Source: Paragordius varius | Lineage: Eukaryota > Animalia > Nematomorpha | Length of the DNA stretch: 64,000 bases | NCBI GenBank assembly: GCA_964247055.1 | Contig: OZ176052.1 | Span: forward strand, 3,038,001 to 3,102,000 | Reading direction: 5' to 3' | Shown: one piece after another, positions 25,010-37,340 of the stretch | Layout: every line of letters starts with the position of its first letter | Numbering within the stretch: the first letter of the stretch is position 1 | Notes under the pieces: generated by a model | The model's database searches: none | What the model saw: the letters and a program-made list of their open reading frames with translations, nothing else | What the model was told of the DNA's origin: nothing | Position numbers and translations under genes: made by a program

Positions 25010-25960
25010 AAATTAGCTCCAAAATCCCGCCATTTTTGTATGGCGTCTCAGTTTTAAACCGGTAGACCCCTACCCATAAACCAATATGAAAAAAGCGCTG
25101 AGTTAAATTCCTTGCCTTTATAGGACAAGTTTTTTCGAAAAAATACCTTCGTTATATGATGGCGTATTTTTAGGACATAAAGGCCTTAAAACGGCTAATA
25201 AAAAACGCCTGACTCTTTTTACCTAGTTACGGGTAATATTTTAAGCTTTTAATGAGCTCATATGGCTTCATAAATTTTCTGTAAATTAGCTCCAAAACAA
25301 CGCAATTTCTATATAGTGGGGCAGTTTTTGGCGGGTAGCTTCTAACCCAGGGGCAGGTATAAAAAAGCGCTGGGCAAAATTTTTGCCTTTATATGGGGAA
25401 TATCTGAAATTATCATGGATTTCATATCCTATAAGATTTATATGTTTTAAATTTGGCTCTAAAGACATGATATTTCGATATGGTGGCGCAGTTGTTGGCT
25501 GGTAGCCCCCTACCCAGAAGCCAATATAAAAAAGACGTTCGAGAAAATTTTTTGCCTTCATATGGAATACCTGAAATCATCATTCATTCCATATGTTCTT
25601 AATAATTTTTGGAAGAATGGCTTCAAAACTAAATAATAGTTTAATTATAGCTCTTTTTTAGGGCGTAAGGGCCTAATTAACGGCTAATTTAAAAAAACCG
25701 TAAGACTTCAATTTTGCCTTGTTACGGGTAATATTTTAAGCACCTATAAATTCATATGGCCTGATAGGTTTTCTGAAATTTAGCCCCAAAGGCACGCTAT
25801 TTAGATATGATGGGGCAGTTTTTAGCAGGTATCTCACTACCCAGCAGCTATTAAAAAACGCATGACTAAAATTTTTACCTTTTAACAAGGAATATCTGGA
25901 ATCCTCATTGAATTTTTACGGTCTCATACCTTTGCGAAAAATAGATTCAAAAAACTATTT
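25010..25960. repeat. Diverged, GC-enriched tandem array (units ~100-270 bp)
   Basis: Recurrent aaatt(a/t)gc(t/c)ccaaa...ctaccc...aaaaagcgc...tttttgcctt block starting at ~25010, 25283, 25450 and 25776; gttacgggtaatattttaagc repeated at ~25227 and ~25720. Confidence 0.65.
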
Positions 25961-27431
25961 TTGTGGACGTTTTTTTGAAAAAAATGGCTTTTTACGGGGG
26001 GAGCAAGTAAAAAGATGACCTAAATTAAAAAAGCGAGCCGACCATGTCCGGCGCAATCGAAAATTAAAAAAATCTAATTTTAAATTAAATGGTCCAACAC
26101 GTTGTGCGGAAAATTGTCTCAATGACACGATATTTGTGGACTTCTGTTTTCAAAAGACCCGTTTTTTACACAGGGTGGGCCCGAACTGGGGGCCTAATTC
26201 AAAAAAAGGGCGAAGCTATTGTCGGGGCATTCCTTAATGGTTATATTTTTTCGACATTTGGATTTGAATGGAACCGGTTTTCCGGGAACAGATCACAAAG
26301 CCAGCATTTTCCATTTTTATAAATATATAGATTAATGGTTAAATATGCATTCTATGGCACAGCTTGTAATGCCTAGTTTCCGTTATATATTTTTCAAAGT
26401 TTTAGCCAAATGGGTTAGAAAAAATTACACCTTATATAACCTTTTAACTTTTAATTTATGGTTTGATACTATTAAAATTTTTTTCTTTCGAATGGTTTGG
26501 GGGGGGATTCACAGAGTTTACATGCGTAAAATTTATTAAAATTAAATTTTTAATATGTAAAATGAGCATAAATATTTGCCCCTGAAGGGATAATCCTTAT
26601 AATCTTAAAATTATTAACCTATTAAACTGAAGATGAACCCGCCGCTGTATTGAAATCCTCAGAAAAAAATAAACTTTTTTTACACGAAACACGGATTCGT
26701 TGAAAATTTTCTATTAAAAAATTTTTTTATGGCCCAATATAATATATTTTTATAATTTTAAATTATTAATGTTAAAAAATACGTAATTATCACTTAATTA
26801 ATGAATGGAGATCACACAGACAACACATATTTTTTGTTGAAATTATAATTTGTTTTTAATATATATATACACCTCCTCTCACATCCTTTCTTCTACTAGG
26901 CTGATGATATTTTTTTACAACATACTCTATATAATTTTACGCTTAAATTTTTTTAAATGCTCAATAATATAAAATATATACTGGAAAAAACATTCAGTTG
27001 TTTAAAATTTCTCTGCAACATTGTATTATTTTCCAATTTTCGGATACTGACTTATAAATTCTATACAGACGAATATGAATAATCTTTTGTAATTATTATC
27101 GATCATCATTGTGGTTTTTAGTAAAAAAAAAATTTTCTACAAACCATTACAAACGAGCTCAAAACGAGTTCGCTTTTTATCACTAGTAGTAGAAGTATTT
27201 AATTCTTCTGTTATAACCATCCAAAATAAATTTAATATCTATCTCAATTTTATGTGATTTAAAGAAGATTTTGAAAATAATATTTCCATTCACAGTTAGC
27301 GAAAATCCAATCCGTCTCTCTCTTTGTCTCTCTAAATATATTTCTATTTTTTTATAATTTTTATTAACTACGCGGCGGGTGTTGTGACCATTTTAATTCT
27401 AGTTACTATGGTAACACCATGATAAAATATT

Positions 27432-27554
27432 ATGTATTATCTCACTCGTTGGCCATTCAAACTTTTGCAGATATTGACTTTTTTATTCTTATACTCCTCT
27501 GCATATCAAAATCAAAACCAATCATCCAAAAAGCGTTCAGTCAAAAAAATTAAA
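27432..27554 (+). CDS. Possible signal-peptide first exon of the SMOC gene (MYYLTRWPFKLLQILTFLFLYSSAYQNQ...)
   Basis: Hydrophobic N-terminus with an S-S-A type cleavage context, ~3 kb upstream of the first TY exon on the same strand. Donor site ambiguous (a phase-1 option exists at 27535). Confidence 0.35.
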
Positions 27555-28493
27555 GTGACGAGAAAATCAAATACCTTACTACTATTATTAAATAATATAT
27601 TCTCATTATCATCTTTTATCATTCTACAAATTTTGATGGGCTTTTCCCCTTCCATATCTCGATATTCCATATGTTGTGCCGCCGCTGAACAGTTTGAATA
27701 CAAACCAGCATTACTTAACACAGATGAAAACTACAATAAGTTGTATCCATCGCTCCAAGTAACTTTTTTAAACTCATAAAACTTTATTTTTAAACCTTTT
27801 AATTTAAATATTTTTTTATTTGGTTGTTTTATGGCCCGATTTTAATATCGCAGTTTAAAATTTACACCCAATATTTATGTCCTTATATTAAAATATTTAT
27901 TACCATTATATGTTTTAAGCGCCTGAGAGTCTGTTATTTTTAATGTACACTTGAAAAAATGTAAAATATTTCTGACAATACTTGTTGTATCTTAATTAAG
28001 CATCACACATAAACAAACACTTGTCAAAGAACCACTTCTAAATACATATAATATTGATATGGATATTTCCGTATAATAAAGAGGTGTATAGTGAAAAAAT
28101 CACATCATTAATTAATATTGATTACAACTTAATTATTGTTTTAACCATTTGTAATTTTTTCTTTTTTTTATAATTTTAATGACTGAGTAATTTGTTTTTT
28201 TATATATATATGTTTTAAAAAAAATGTTCAAAGTATATGTTAACAGTGTGTGTCCCTTTAAGCTATGCTTAAAAAGCACGTAAATTTTCCCTGATAACTT
28301 TTATTACCTTTGTCTTTATTATATGTTTTTTTATACTTACTGAAAAAAGGTAGAATAGGGGATATTAGTGCTAAAAAACACTTTTGATTATATCATGTTA
28401 AAGCAAAATATCTGGCCTAGACATAGTGACGCCTATGATTGCTTATATTACTACAATATTATGTATATTTAACAGCCAAAAAAGTTACCTTTT

Positions 28494-28524
<31 letters not shown>

Positions 28525-30615
28525 TTAACCTTAAATAATTCCGCGTCCAATTTTTTTATAAGGCTCCACGATGTCTAAACGGAGGAGTAAATTTATTAGA
28601 AATAACATCTAAAAAAATACCATAAAATAGTAAATCGTGATTTCCTCACACAACCTAAAAGCAGTTAAAAGGCCTAAATTACGAACAAAACGTGCTTTGA
28701 AGACAAAATGTTTAAACAAAAAAAGTAGTTTTTTAATGTGTTTGCCCCCTTATAACTTAATAAATAATAAAAAAATCTTGCGATGTGATGTTTGATATTT
28801 AGTTATCTCCGAAATATTTTAGGTTTAATTTCCAATAAATATAATTATGTTTTAGATAAGCACAATTTATTTTTTATTAGTATATGCCGGAGAGTTCCCA
28901 ACAAAATTATTCAAGTTGGAAAAACTATTATAATGCTATAAATTATATTTATGCAAAAACATTTGTATTATCAATCGAAAATATTGATATAAACGTATTA
29001 ATATGTTATCCGATTTTTACCTCTAGGTTTTAGTTTTATATATGTGTGTTGGCCTCTTTTTACGTATATTTTCTTAAACAATTTTGACCATCAAACAGAC
29101 TAAATGATGAAATATTCAGCGATAAATTATTTGTGAAATTGCCTTTGTTATGATCTCAGTGCACTAAATAAATACAAATATAATTTGTTAAAAAAATGGA
29201 TTTTGCCAGAATACTAGCTAAGGAGGCTATCGTTTGTAAACACAGTGTTTAGGTTTTAATCCACACTTTTATCAATACTTCATAATCCCTTATTTATTAT
29301 TAAATCGTATAAATAAATATAACACAAGATTATAGTGATAAAAGGACCTAAATGTAACTCAATACGCATGAATATTTTTATATGGACGATAAATTTATGG
29401 AGGCTATTATAGGCTTAATGCCATAAAATATAAAACTAAAATATTTTGGCTATAATATTTAACTATATATATATATATATATATTGACCCTTTTTATATT
29501 TCCAGAGTTCTTAAACAAGCCGCTTATAAAATTTATAAACCACCGAAGCTGTCAAAACGTTATGTATTATAATATATTTTTAAACGGTTTAAACGAAACC
29601 CTTATAATTATTTGACGGCAAAAAATTTGATATGATATGAAGATTATTTTATTTAATATCATTATAATATTAATAATCAAAGTCCGAATGTATTATATTT
29701 GGCCCACTATCATAGATAATTATTTAAGTTTGCTCCCTCTGAGTCAAAAAACTACTCGAAAATGAACCCAAGCACTAATATAATAAATCAAAAACTATGA
29801 AACAACAATTAAAAATTGTTTTGATGTTTTATAAAATAGAATTTAATTACATATAATTCTATATTCGATGAATAAGTAGATATATCATTTAATTTAAGTT
29901 ATATATTTAATTGCCGCCATATAAAGCCACTCCATATGTTTTGCGCGCATTCGAACTATTGCACCTGAATGTAGTCTCACCGTTTTTCTCAGTAAAAGCT
30001 ATATATAAATAATCAATATAACTTATAAACTTTATAAGAAATAAGGTCTAATGTTAAACATGTATTGGCTAATATATCGATATTTTTGCTCATAATATCA
30101 ACATTTGTTAATTTAGGCCCTCCCAATTATAAATCGTTGGCAGCTTATGGTTATTTAAATTGCTCCTAATATTTTTCATCTAATTAGGATACCAAATTCC
30201 ATGCTTACAACTCTTACAGTCTGCAGCAAAATTTTGTCCATGTTAATTTAACGGCCAGGTACGGGGAATGCTTGTTTAAAGAAAAAATCACATCACCTCA
30301 ATTTAAAGAAACTATGGCTAATTTCATAAGTCAAACATGCAAAAGTATTATTTTAAGAATACTAAAATATCAAATAATATGATATTGTTTTTTGAGCTTT
30401 AGATTAATGCATGAATACTTTACAGTCTATAAGTATTTTTCTGATTTGAAAAAAAAACATTATTGGTATTGACAAAGATGTAATTTAAAATTATCCGTTT
30501 ATTAATATAGGTATTCGCCTCATGTATTACTACTTTTAATGTATTTAATTTTAGAGGAAAAACTTTATGTAAAAATTTCTTTGTAAAATTTGTAAAATTT
30601 AAATCCCTCAAATAG

Positions 30616-33600
30616 ATCAAGATCCAAAATGTGCCTGTGAGCAATCCATAATAAGTCAATTAATCCAACTTTGCCGTCTTGAGAACACATTCGTGCCTGA
30701 CTGCAAACCTGATGGTCATTATAAGGATGTCCAATGTCACACATATACCGGTTACTGTTGGTGTGTCGATCAGAATGGGAATCCGGTACCACGTACGGCT
30801 ACCACGATAAATAACCGACCCGTTTGCAATAGTAATAGATTTTAGTTAATTTTACGGGATTATTATAAGTAAAGCAATTTAAAAAACTTGTTAATATATA
30901 GTGTATGTAATAAGTGTAAGTTTTAAATTATTTAAATGCATATAATGGAAGTCAGGCTGATTTGTTTGGAGCGCTATCCTTACTTTTTTGGGAAATCTTA
31001 TATGGCACAAAAATATAAATAGATTTAGGCGCACTTTTTATTTATATAATATCAAAGCCATTATATATTTTTTATTTTTGGTTAAATCGCTGAGAAACTA
31101 ACAAATTAATGTATAATATAATAAAAAAACTAATTATGTAAAAAAGCATTTAACTCGGCAAAATTTATACTTATTTTTCTGTTTTTTTTTGTTAGCCAGA
31201 ATTGGCTCTAGAAGTTACAAAACATATAATTAAGAACATTTTTATCAAATAATTTGGGAGTCATAACAAAATATATTGATAGAATAAATTTTCTGATAGT
31301 TTGTACCTAATCTGTCAAATAAGTTAGATAATTCCATTTATAAAATAACTACACCTTATCAAAAAATCGCAAAATTCTAGACAAAAAAGTTTTGCATGGA
31401 AGCTATTGCTTCATACCAAATTTTTATATAGCATGTATAAAAAGCTAAAAAACATTTATATTAAATTAATTTTTATTACGCTTAAATGGGCCAGTTTTTT
31501 TTAAATAAACGCAAAATAACTGGGTGCGCGATAGTATATCTGAGGAATTCGAATATGGCATGCGTGCCCATAGTGTACGCATTTAATACTCTAATTATTT
31601 TACCACGCCTTTTTTTACTCTATATTTAACTAATTATTTGTATTATTACAGTAATGTATCCTTTATTTTATCAAAAAATCTAATATTTTCGTTAAATGGG
31701 TATAATTTAGTAAAGAATGGAAAAAACAAGAGCTCTATGGTAAATTTTATACTTTTTTGTGAATATGATATTGTTAATACCACAAAGCTCTTGTTTCCAT
31801 TCTTTACCAAATATTTATACCCATTTAACGGAAAAATTTTTTTTTGATAAAATAAAGGATACATGACTGTATAAATTTAAAAATTAGGATCATAAAAATA
31901 TATTAAATATATTTAAAATTAATTTTGTTTTTATATACCACAAAGTTAAAATCAAAATGGCACGGAATGTCAGAGGTAATAAACGGCGCCGTAAGCGGTC
32001 TTGTAACCGGAGAGATCGAACAATCTTTAACCGACGAGTCATCAAATTCTTCATTTATGAATATACGCAAAAAAATAAAAGTATGCGATAATTTCAAATT
32101 TATTTTTTTTAACGATATATTAAAAAATACATTATATACCATTATTTTTAACCAATTTTATTTCAAACAACAGATAAGATCATAACTTTCTCTCAAATAA
32201 TGTTTTATACATCTTTTTCAAGATTTCAACCAAACATTCATCTGGTCTAATATCAATAATAAAAATAATAATCCCTCGAAAGCCAAAATTTTAAATACCG
32301 ATCAAGAGAATAATCCAGGGCGTCGTACAGGCCATCGTTTCAATAAAATAACCCGTAAAATGGCTATCAGGTGGAAATTTGTTTTAGCAGATATGGATGG
32401 TGACTCTTTCATATCACTCCGGGAGGTGAGAATCCTGAAAAAGCAATTGAAACGCTTCGTCAAGCCTCGGAGTTGTGCCAAAAGTTTTGACATTGATTGT
32501 GACATGGATAAGGATTCGCGAATATCTTTCAAAGAATGGAATTCTTGCCTAAGCATCTATCAATCAAGTAAAATTAGATGAATTATTCTAAATAGACCCC
32601 TTCTCCACCCTACCTTGTTTTAGAAAACTTAAATTTGATGTAAAAGTAGCAATAATATCAATTTTTTAGCTAAACACTTAATCTTTAAGGCAGTGGTATC
32701 ACTAGAAAATTTTGAAGGGCCGAAATTATTTTTTTAAGGCCCGCGCACCATAAAATATTGACAAATATCCCATAGTTCTTTGACACATAAGCAGATACTT
32801 ATAATCTAAATAAGCACATCAAAATATTGTAACACTTTTAGGGCCGTATGCGGTTCGTGGGCTGCGGTTTGAGTATTACTGTAATGAAACCATCTCGGCT
32901 CATAATAAAAGATCTTAATATTAATGACAATTTTAGTTATTTAATCCCATTTTAACATCATTTGAGAAGATAATCCGCAGAGAGATAAAAAAACGATTAA
33001 TTTTGATTTACTCAGCCTTGATATAAAATTTAACCGTATGATTCATTTCTAAATTCTGTCGTAAATGGGTGATAAAGAGTTATCTCATTCTCTTATAAGG
33101 CAATAATGCTTTTACAGGACGGTTACTATTTACTATTAGTGTTTTATCATTTTTTTATGGTAAGAAATTATGGCTAATATGTTTTATACAACTTATATAG
33201 TATCATTCAAATTATTTCTTTCGCTCAATACGGAGGAAGATGATTTTGAAGCACGCTTGGACCATGATAAAAGTACTATTTATATATGTTTTTTTATGTA
33301 ATAACAAAAAATGTTAAACATATAATTTAAAATTGTTTAAAAGTTAATTGATATATATTTTATATCTAACTTATATTATACCTATTTGAACATTAAAAAT
33401 GCAGATTCTTTGCGAGGGCCTTCACTATATAACAAACAACTCAATTTTGAATCCCTAACATCCAAAAAATCAATCCTTATGCCTAACATCATCAAATCAA
33501 CCGATTCAAAAAGTATGCCATCCATAATATATGTGTGATGAGTATAATAATTCTATTTCATACGCAAAATTTTTTAATTTTCATCCGAAAAAAATGTTAG

Positions 33601-35192
33601 ACATATTTTGTAATCGATCAGTCTAAAAATAAACCATATAACTAAAAATTATTAATGCCCTGTATAAAGGTTTATACATTTATATGGCTTCCATATATCT
33701 ATACTTTTTACCGTATTTAAATACTTAGCCTAGTTGTTTTCTAATTATTTCGAACCATTTGTTGTGTATAACATAAAAGCATACATTTTATTGAAAGAAT
33801 AAGACAAAATATCTATAGAAATACGGTTACATGTTTTTATACTAGTTGTTAAACCAAATTGTTTCGCTGAACGAGACAAAGCTTTGTACGATGATAGGAA
33901 AGATCCGAATGCTGGCATTTTTATACCCAATTGTACTATAACCGGTTATGCTTCAGTCCAATGCCACAAGGCTACGGGCTATTGTTGGTGTGCCAACACT
34001 GAAAATGGAAAACCCATACCAGGGACCTCAAGGCTTAATTCCCGCATCGATTGTGAACCCAAAACGGTCGGGCAAGAAGAGAAAAGGAAAATAAAAAGTA
34101 TGTGATATTCATTGCGTTTCCACTTAAAATATAACAAATATTTGGAAAGTAATTTAAAGCGTAACATGCAGAAAATATTTCGAATACATATTTTTGTGAA
34201 ATGTAGGCTTTAATACATATTTTCGTTTTAATTTCTAGACATTAAGCCTTTTTGTGAGCGTAAGATATAGTCCCGTCCATTCTTTACACCTATATCCACG
34301 GGCAATAAAATATTTTTTAAAAAGTATGGTCTTAAAGAAAAATATTAACTCATCATCATTTGAATATTTAAGATTTACAAATATTTGCTATATGATAAAG
34401 ATGCTTCTTGCTCTTATAAAAAACTTTTGCACTCTCCTACGATTAGATTGTCCTGAACATTTATTTACCCATTTCCTTCACAGACTGATTGACGATTTAT
34501 CGAAAGAAATGATAAGCGAATTTACCAAGCAACCCAAAAAGTAAATACTTATTTTATAAGTATCAATACCTGATTTTTCCATAAAAAAATATTAATGATT
34601 AAATGTGTTTAACCCAATATCATAGTTTATATAAACATATTTCGTCAAATTGTATAGCCCTTTATATGTTTTATATATATTTTTACATGTAGCCTTTTAC
34701 CATGGCTAAAAGATAATCAATCATTACAAGAAAAAGCCGTTAGGTGGAAATACTTCAATATCGATCAAAACAAAAATGGGGTAATTTTAAATTTTTTTAA
34801 TATAAATCAAAGTTATCTTAAAATATAATATTGAAAAAAAAAATATATCGATAGTTCATCATAAAAATGGCTATTTTACCAAGAATAATAATTAATTTAG
34901 CCGGATAATTTATTTTGAAATTTATACGAGAATCTGTTTAACTGTCGGCTATTTTTCAGATCATTTATATATTCCAGTTGTTTATTATAGCTTCGGCTAC
35001 AAATTAAACTGTATCACATGAAAAAAAAACTAGGTGCTAAACAAACCAGAATGGCGCCTCCTAAGAAAATCGTTTCGTTTACCGCGCGAACATAGAAAAT
35101 GTCTTCGAAACTTTCCTCGGTACTGCGACAAGAATATGGATAAACAAATTACCATGACTGAATGGTTAACATGCACGGGAACTCACCATTAA
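30616..35192 (+). CDS. SMOC: SPARC-related modular calcium-binding protein (SMOC / Pentagone-like), TY-EC-TY-EC
   Basis: Phase-consistent exons 30616-30831 (TY: QCHTYTGYCWCVD), 31946-32080, 32223-32567 (EF-hand pair: WKFVLADMDGD...CDMDKDSRISFKEWNSCL), 33201-33272, 33405-33512, 33846-34097 (TY: QCHKATGYCWCAN), 34447-34540, 34693-34780, 35034-35192 (PRYCDKNMDKQITMTEWLTC, stop). Confidence 0.85.
31649..31869. mobile_element. 221-bp palindromic MITE (TA|CAGT...ACTG|TA) in a SMOC intron
   Basis: ~95-bp inverted arms (cagtaatgtatcctttattttatcaaaaaa / ttttttgataaaataaaggatacatgactg); explains mirror ORFs 31638-31847 and 31646-31864. Confidence 0.8.
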
Positions 35193-37340
35193 AAATATTC
35201 AAAAATCTGAATCAATGTTGGGCACAAAAAATCTCTATTCCCTATAAAACTCCTATAATGACATATCTATGTCTGGATGTATCTTTAATATTTCAAAAAA
35301 AATATATATTGATAACTTTTAAAGTTAAATATAATTTATAATGATACATATATTATAAAAATAAATCGTTAACCAATCTCTTCAATTTGTCAGATATATT
35401 ACCCACACCACGGCCAATGCACCTCATGCGGCCCTAAACTTCTTTTTATGGCCCTGAACTTTTTAATTTTAATACAAATATCCTCAAATGAGTCACACTA
35501 AAATTTTATCGGATTATGGCCCTTAACATAAGATTTTTTTGTTAAAATTTTTAATAATCTGTTTAAAGTTTTTGGGCATAAATTTAAGTATTGCAGTTAG
35601 CAATGTTGGCTAAAATTTAGAGTATCAATGTTAAAATTTTTTTATTTTTTAGACTAGATAATTATCGATCTTAAATGCAAAGCAAAAAATTTGTAAATAA
35701 CACAATTTTTAATAAAAATAGACCAAATATTTAAACTCTGAGGTGATTAAATTGTTCAGCGTTATCGTATTATAGAGATAAAATGTTTTTATAATATTTT
35801 AAAGCATTTGTATACCGTTTAGGGCTCAAAAAAGTACGTTTTAATAAAATTATGCTTAAAATTAAATTGAAAAAAATGCTTTTTAATTTTTTTAGAAGAT
35901 ATTAAAATTTAGCATATATTAAAATTTTTATTTCATCCCGGAATTTTTGCGTTAATTTTAAGAGGAGTAGCTCATAGAAGAGCAAAAATTTAGGTATTTT
36001 AGAACCTACTTCTAAAATTTAATTTTTTTTAAAAAATATTGTTTTGCTTCTTTATTGTAGTTCATGATATATTTAGTGATTATTTTGGAATAAAGCATTC
36101 ACGAACGAAATTATATTGAATATTACAATACATTTTGGATTTATATCCTAGAGCCATTTTTAAATACCTTTAAAATCATTTAGATATTAAGCGGAATTAA
36201 AAAATAGGTTTACCTTATCTTTTAGGATATGAAAATTATCATAAATTGTGTAAAAATCCTTTTATCAAACTTTTTTGCCGCCATTTTTATTCTATAAATT
36301 TTTTATATCGCTAATGCAACAGGCAAATAAATGTATAAGGTTGAAATATAAATAATTAATTTTACAAAGCTTTTAGGCTACATTTTACCAACAAAAACTT
36401 GATATATTTTGATTTTATCAGCTATTGTCAAACGTGTTTGAGATGTCCTAATTTTAGGATCTAAAAGTCACAAAACTGTAAAAATATAAGTTTTTTTAGT
36501 ACATGAGAACTTTTGAAAATAACTTTCAAAACTGTAGTTTATTTACAAAATTGAGCTATGGGATATAAAACTACCCCAAAATGTTAACTATGATATAAAA
36601 TAAAAATGTAAGGACGTGTTAACGCTATTTTATTTTTTGTGTTGCAATATTTAGTAAGAATCCTAAAAAAAATACAATATATGTGTGAATATAAAAATTA
36701 GACAATATATTAATAAAGATTTAAGGTTGCTCCAAATTTTCAACCTCTCCCCCTTGCGGGGCATTGCCCCCTTTCCCACTGATCTTCCACATACTTTCTT
36801 AAATTACTCGTTATGCTCAAAGAACATAGATGATCTCGATGCATTTCTTATTAGAAAATATATATTTTCGCATTTCCACATTGTGAACATTTCGTAAGCG
36901 TAAATCTAATAAAATAATTTCAATGCATTCCATATTTTTTAATATTTTAATTTAACATTATCAACAATTCATATGTGTACCTGTACATGTGAATATGATA
37001 CGTATCTATAGATTAATATCGGTGCCAATTATATTAACATATAAAACTTTATTATATATTTAAATGAGTATATGTGGTGCAAAATATATAATTTTTTTGC
37101 CATTATAAATGTTTTATGATGATTTATAGCACACTTAGACCCTGTTTAATAGACTGATTTTTAACCCTAATGTAAATGTTATAATTAAGCCCCATGGTGA
37201 TTAGATAGACATTTTTTAAGTATTATTAAAAAATATATATTAAAGCTGAAAGTCATTTATTAACATTGATTAATAATATACATGGCTATAACATCCTTAA
37301 TATATTTTTTTTAAATATATCCATATGGTAAAATAAATGA

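Noticed and set aside
27512-27721. Minus-strand 69-aa ORF as a gene
   Set aside because: No recognisable motif; it overlaps the more plausible plus-strand signal-peptide ORF.
31638-31864. Overlapping opposite-strand similar ORFs
   Set aside because: Artefact of the 221-bp palindromic MITE.
31925-32185. Track ORF (SEVINGAVSGLVTGE...) as the SMOC exon frame
   Set aside because: The alternative frame (SCNRRDRTIFNRRVIKFFIYEY) fits both flanking exon phases and the SMOC pre-EC helix pattern.
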